Shown here piece by piece: positions 59,286 through 64,000 of a stretch of DNA of 64,000 nt. How positions within the stretch are numbered: position 1 is the stretch's first letter; every line of letters starts with the position of its first letter. The translations under genes and the position numbers were made by a program. Source of the DNA: Balamuthia mandrillaris (Eukaryota); contig JAVKOQ020000024.1 in NCBI GenBank assembly GCA_031835245.2, positions 62,001-126,000 on the forward strand, given 5' to 3'. The notes below the pieces were generated by a model, which saw nothing but the letters and a program-made list of their open reading frames with translations, was not told the DNA's origin and did not search any database.

Positions 59286-59989
59286 ATGGATCCTTTGGAG
59301 TCGTTGAAGGATCCAGGTGGGCTGGTGGCTTGGGCCAGCCACCAATGGTCCCAGTTCACGGAACAGTACTACGCCTTTTTGTGGCTGGGAGTGGGGATCT
59401 GCCTCCTGCTGCTCTTTTTGAAGCCACAGCTTTCTCAAGCATGGAGAGCGAGGAAGAGACGGCAGGCAAGCCTTGGTAACCGAATGATTCTTCTTTTTCT
59501 GTTTCTTTCTTTTTCTCTCTCTCTTCTTTTGCTTAACGTTGAGCAATTTTCTTTTGGCAGCCGCAACGCCAGCGCGTCCTGACTATGATGAAGAGCTTCG
59601 TGTAAGGAGGTTGTTGCAACAGCAACAGGTGGAAGAGGAGGCCAAGCGAGTGGCCGAGCGAAAGAAAGAGCAGGAGCGCATCCGTAGACAGCAAAAACTT
59701 GGTTTGATTCCCAAGGACAAGCCCTTAGCTCAAGGTGCTTTTTCAAACCCTTTTTCTCCTTCATCTTTCTCTCTCTTTCCTGCTTTCTCTTTTTTGCTTG
59801 TCTCTTCCCTCGTTCTCTGCTTCTTCTCTTTTTTTTGTTCGCTTCTCTTCTCTGCTGCTTGGTGCAGAGTGGAAGACATTAACACAAACAACAAAATAAA
59901 TAGAACACAATCCATTAGCACCAACAACGTCGACATCGAGGTTCAGACCTTCCTCTTCTTGTGGCAAAGGCAAACGAGGCTGAGGTTAA
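59286..59989 (+). CDS. SELENOS: Selenoprotein S (VIMP)-like, 149 aa; exons 59286-59475, 59561-59734, 59904-59989; Sec codon TGA at 59981-59983
   Basis: Single N-terminal TM, coiled coil (RVRRLLQQQQVEEEAKR), C-terminus HNPL…RFRPSSSCGKGKRG-U-G*; downstream SECIS. Confidence 0.88.
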
Positions 59990-60248
59990 GTTGTTGCAGA
60001 GAGAGAAAGGAGAAACGAGGGATTCTTCTCCTCTCGTTCTCTTTTTTCCAACCCCTAAAGAGAAAGAATCTTTTGGTTCTTTTTTTTTTTGTGGTCCTCT
60101 CTGCAACTTTACTCCAAAGAGGGTGAGAAAAGTGTATATCTCACTTTTTTTATTCTTCCTTTTGTACAAACTCATGATTTGCTTCCTTTCTCTTTCTCTC
60201 TGTGCTCTTCTTGTCAAGGAGGAAGGAGAAAAAGAAAACAGGAGGCAG

Positions 60249-60337
60249 AAAAAGTGGACATGAAGTGGCTAACTTAAATCAGCTTCTCTCAAAGAAAATT
60301 ACTGACGGTTAGTTGCTGAAGCAATAAAACACTTTTT
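60249..60337 (+). promoter_or_regulatory. Eukaryotic SECIS element, type II
   Basis: ATGAA (60260) GTGGCTAACT … GGTTAGTTGC TGAA (60320): UGA/GA core and 10-bp helix II; unpaired AAA; TCAG/CTGA mini-helix III; AAAGTG/CACTTT helix I. Confidence 0.88.
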
Positions 60338-60726
60338 TTTCTTAGCTTTCTCCCAACTGTGAAAACAAAAAACTTTAAAAATAACAAAAAAAATAACAAA
60401 AAAAAGAAGAAAAAAAAAAGAGAAGAGAAAAAAGAAAACGAAAATGAGGAATAAAACATTACAGAAAATGACAAACATAAAGAAACAAGAACACGGAACA
60501 AAGAATTTACAAAAAACTTACCTTTAAAAAAAAAAGAATGTTGAAACGGTGCAAAATGCCCGGAGAATTTCAAAATTCTCCCTACCAATCGGAACCCCCC
60601 ACGTATATTTTGTCGACATCTTTACTTCATTAATGAACCAATGAATGATCTTTCGGTGCTTTGACAAACGAGACAACACACAGTAAGCGTAAAAAAGTAG
60701 TGAAAGGCCACGAAGAACAAAAGAAC

Positions 60727-60921
60727 ATGAAGGCTGTGCGTAGCGGGGCAGGGCTGGTGGTGGTGTTGCTGCTCTGCCTGGCCTCGTTGTCGGTGTCGTT
60801 GCTGGCGAGAGCGGCGGAGAGTGCTGTAGAAGGAGGAGGAGCGAAAGGCCGAGTGGAAGTGCTGACCTCTGCCAACTTTACGGAACATGTGAGCGACGGG
60901 ACTTGGCTCGTTAAATTGTAT

Positions 60922-60968
<47 letters not shown>

Positions 60969-63158
60969 TCGTTTTTTTTCGGTAAAGGGTCGTCATAATC
61001 AACTGACCGTTGTTGTTTGCGCTAAGCTTTGTTCCGTGGTGTGGTCACTGCAATGCGATGGCGGGGTCGTGGAGAGAGTTGGCTGCAAGTGCCAACGAGC
61101 ACGGTTTTCGTGTTGCTGAAGTGGACTGTACCGCTGCTGAAGGTACTTTTCTTCGTTCTCCTGCACGTTCTTGTTCTTGTGCATGTTCTTGTTCTTGTTC
61201 TTCTTCTTCTTCTTCTTCTTGTTCTTGTTCTTGTTCTTCTTCTTCTTCGTGTTCTTGTTCTTCTTCTTCTTCTTCTTCTTCGTGTTCTTGTTCTTGTTCT
61301 TCTTGTTCTTGTTCTTCTTCTTCTTCTTCTTCTTCTTCTTCTTCTCCTTCTTCTTCTTCTCTTAATCTTTCTGTCAATGTTCTTCTTTCAAGTCTTTCTC
61401 ACATTTGTTTCCTTTTATAAAAAGATGTTTGCGCCTTGATGTCCATTGAAGGTTATCCTACCATATTCTATTTCAATGGGAAGAAAGCAGATGACAACTC
61501 TTTTGCTCTTCATAAAAGAGCAAAAGAGGTTCTAGTCTCGGAGAGAACTGCCGATGAGTTCATCTCTTGGGTCGAACGTTTCCATCACAGAGCGGAAGTT
61601 AAGAAGGACGATGACTCTGTATATGTTCTCACTGCCGAAAATTTTGATGAAGCCATTTCAGATGGCTTTTGGCTTGTTGAATTGTACATTCTCTCTCTCT
61701 CTCTCTCTCTCTCTATTTCTCTCTTTCTCTCTTCTCTTCTCTTCTCTTCCTGTTCGACGTAATCTTCTCGCTTCCGTTTGTGTTTATGCACCTTATCTTT
61801 CGTCCTCCTCCTCTTTTTTTCAATTTCTAACCACCAAAAAAAGCTATGCGCCTTGGTGTCCATACTGTCAAAAGTTAGCTCCAACATGGGCTGAACTAGG
61901 TGCTCAAGAAAATGTCAAAGACAACTTCAAAGTTGGCAAAGTTAACTGTGATGAGAATGAAGGTTTGTCTCTGGCTCTCTCAATCTTCTGATTGAGGTTA
62001 ACCTCATTTTTCGTCGAAAAAAAAAAAACAAAACAAAAAAAGAGCTCTGCCATAAGCAACAAATCGGAGGATTCCCTTCTATTCGACTGTACGTTCTTTT
62101 ATTTGTCTTTGTCTAATTCTATTTCTCATTTTCTCTCTTCGCATGTTTTTAACTACAGTTTTCGCGATGGCACCCTCTTGAAAAAGTATGTTGGAGAAAA
62201 AGAAGTCGATGCGTTTGTAGAGTTTGTGGAAATGGAAAAAGAAGCTTTTGTACCTGGTTCCGACGTTCTGGTCCTCACCAACAGAAACTTCATGAATAAC
62301 ATACTTTCCTCTGATGGCGCTTGGATGGTCGAATTGTACGTTTTCTTTTTCTGCTTTTTGTTTCTCTCAAAATTCCCTGTTGTTCTTTTCCATCCTTATT
62401 TCACGCAGGCTTATTCTTACTCTCCTTTCTCTATCTTACGCCTTCAATGCTCTTTCTGATACCGTTAGTTATGCTCCCTGGTGTGGACATTGTAAAGAAT
62501 TAGCTCCCGAATGGGAGTCACTAGCTTCCTCTGTCAAAAACAGCGGAGATGACGTGAAAGTAGCCAAGGTGGATTGTGATGCGAATGAAGGTTCGTATTT
62601 TATTCTATTAGAAAGAGTTAATATTTAACAAATCCTTTGTTGTATCAGAACTCTGCAACAATGTTGGTGTGAACAGTTTCCCTACTATCAAAATGTTTGT
62701 TCTTGTTTATTGTTTCTTTTGTTTTTCAATCACATTTGCAATTCTTAACCACACAATGTCTAAAACGCAGGTTTCAAGTTACTTCGTACGATGGAGATAG
62801 AGACGTGGATTCATTCATAGCATTTATCAGATCTCAAGCGTCTCTGCCTGCCCCAACTGCCAGCGATGTAATCACGCTCACTCCTGATAACTTTGATAGC
62901 ATCAAAGAAGGAGTCTGGATGGTTGAATTGTAAGCCCTTAGCATTCTCTCTTTTGTTCGCTTTATTTTGGTTTGCTTACTATGGACTTACAATTAAGTTA
63001 TGCGCCATGGTGTTCTCATTGCAAGGCGTTGGCTCCAGAATGGGAAGCGTTCGCGACCTCCTCTAAAGGCAACCTTAACGTAGCCTCCGTTAATTGTGAA
63101 GCGTTCCCAGACCTATGCGACCATGTTGCTTCCTTCCCAACTATTTTGCTGTACTACT

Positions 63159-63197
<39 letters not shown>

Positions 63198-63954
63198 CTC
63201 TTTCCTTGTGTGCTGTAGATATTTCTTTTGTCGTATACCTCTCATTAACGTTGATGTAGTTATGCAAATGGTGGTGAACCAATTTTGTTCAAAGGCAATC
63301 GAGAACGAGGTGCCTTTTCTACATTTGCTGAAATGATGGCAGAAGAACAAGGAGAAGATAGTGATAGCCACATCATTCACCTTGACTCTGATATCGCCAT
63401 TCGCGATGCCCTCGTTGAAGGAGATTGGATGATTGACTTGTAAGAACCTTTTGAGTTAGTGGTTGTTTTGGTTGTTTACAAATGATTAACTGTATTCTGT
63501 TGCCAACAAAGTTATGTGCCTTGGTGTTCCCATTGTGCCATATTGAAGCCGGTTTGGGAGGATTTCGCTTTGGAGCTTCATGAAGAAGGCATTCCCGTCA
63601 AGGCTGCCACCTTCAATTGCGACGACTTTTATGGTAATTGTCCTCTCCCCTTGGTCCCTTATCTTGCTTTCTATTTTTTGTTTTAAACCCTGTCTTTCAG
63701 GTAGGTGCAAAGAAATAGGAGTAGAGCACTATCCAGCTATAATGCAGTACGTCTTTTCTTTTCTTTTCTTTTTTTGCGGTGTGCTTTTTAACATTTTTCT
63801 GTGTAACGAACAAAGCGTAAGGAATGGGCGTTACCAGTTTTATGATGGCTCGTTCGCCGTCGAACCTTTGTTGGAGTTTGCCAAAAAGGATCCAGCTCCA
63901 GTTGCTCCTCCGCCCGCTGTCTCATCAACGCCAAACACCAAAGATGAATTGTAA
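60727..63954 (+). CDS. ER protein disulfide isomerase-like protein with five thioredoxin domains and KDEL, multi-exon
   Basis: Signal peptide; WCGHC, WCPYC, WCGHC, WCSHC, WCSHC; C-terminal KDEL*. Confidence 0.92.
61165..61360. repeat. TTC/TTG microsatellite in a PDI intron
   Basis: Seen directly. Confidence 0.9.
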
Positions 63955-64000
63955 AAGTTGCGTTCTTTTTTTAATTTTTGGAATGATTTATATCACGGTT

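Noticed and set aside
1..64000. Non-canonical splice sites, CRISPR arrays, tRNA or rRNA genes
   Set aside because: All introns I checked resolve as GT-AG; no repeat-spacer array or recognisable structural RNA gene was seen.

Overview
Compact, intron-rich eukaryotic DNA. The gene content and microsatellite-filled GT-AG introns suggest a free-living amoeba (Amoebozoa); this is an inference. The window holds about 24 host genes or pseudogenes: RSAD1/HemW, NTPCR, eIF4A, F-box/SPRY, a SET methyltransferase, PCBD, an NXPE-like protein, an FG-GAP pseudogene, CS-SEL1, an NYC1/NOL-like SDR, F-box/ankyrin, four EGF-repeat surface-protein paralogues, a P450, DUF962, MyTH4-RhoGAP, DUF179, an M12B protease, selenoprotein S and a five-domain PDI. 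Highlights: (1) An apparently intact 5.36-kb Penelope-like retroelement (28767-34129) with N-terminal GIY-YIG plus RT, an extra overlapping ORF carrying a GRF zinc finger and RS tract, and identical, highly structured 340-bp terminal direct repeats. It sits antisense exactly at the intron-1 splice donor of a surface-protein gene. (2) A selenoprotein S gene missed by the ORF track (…G-UGA-G-stop) with a clear type II SECIS. (3) A mosaic, partly decayed cluster of EGF-repeat receptors. (4) A recurrent TGTCGACA intergenic motif, including one copy at the centre of a 32-bp perfect palindrome. Exon boundaries were read by eye and are approximate unless stated.
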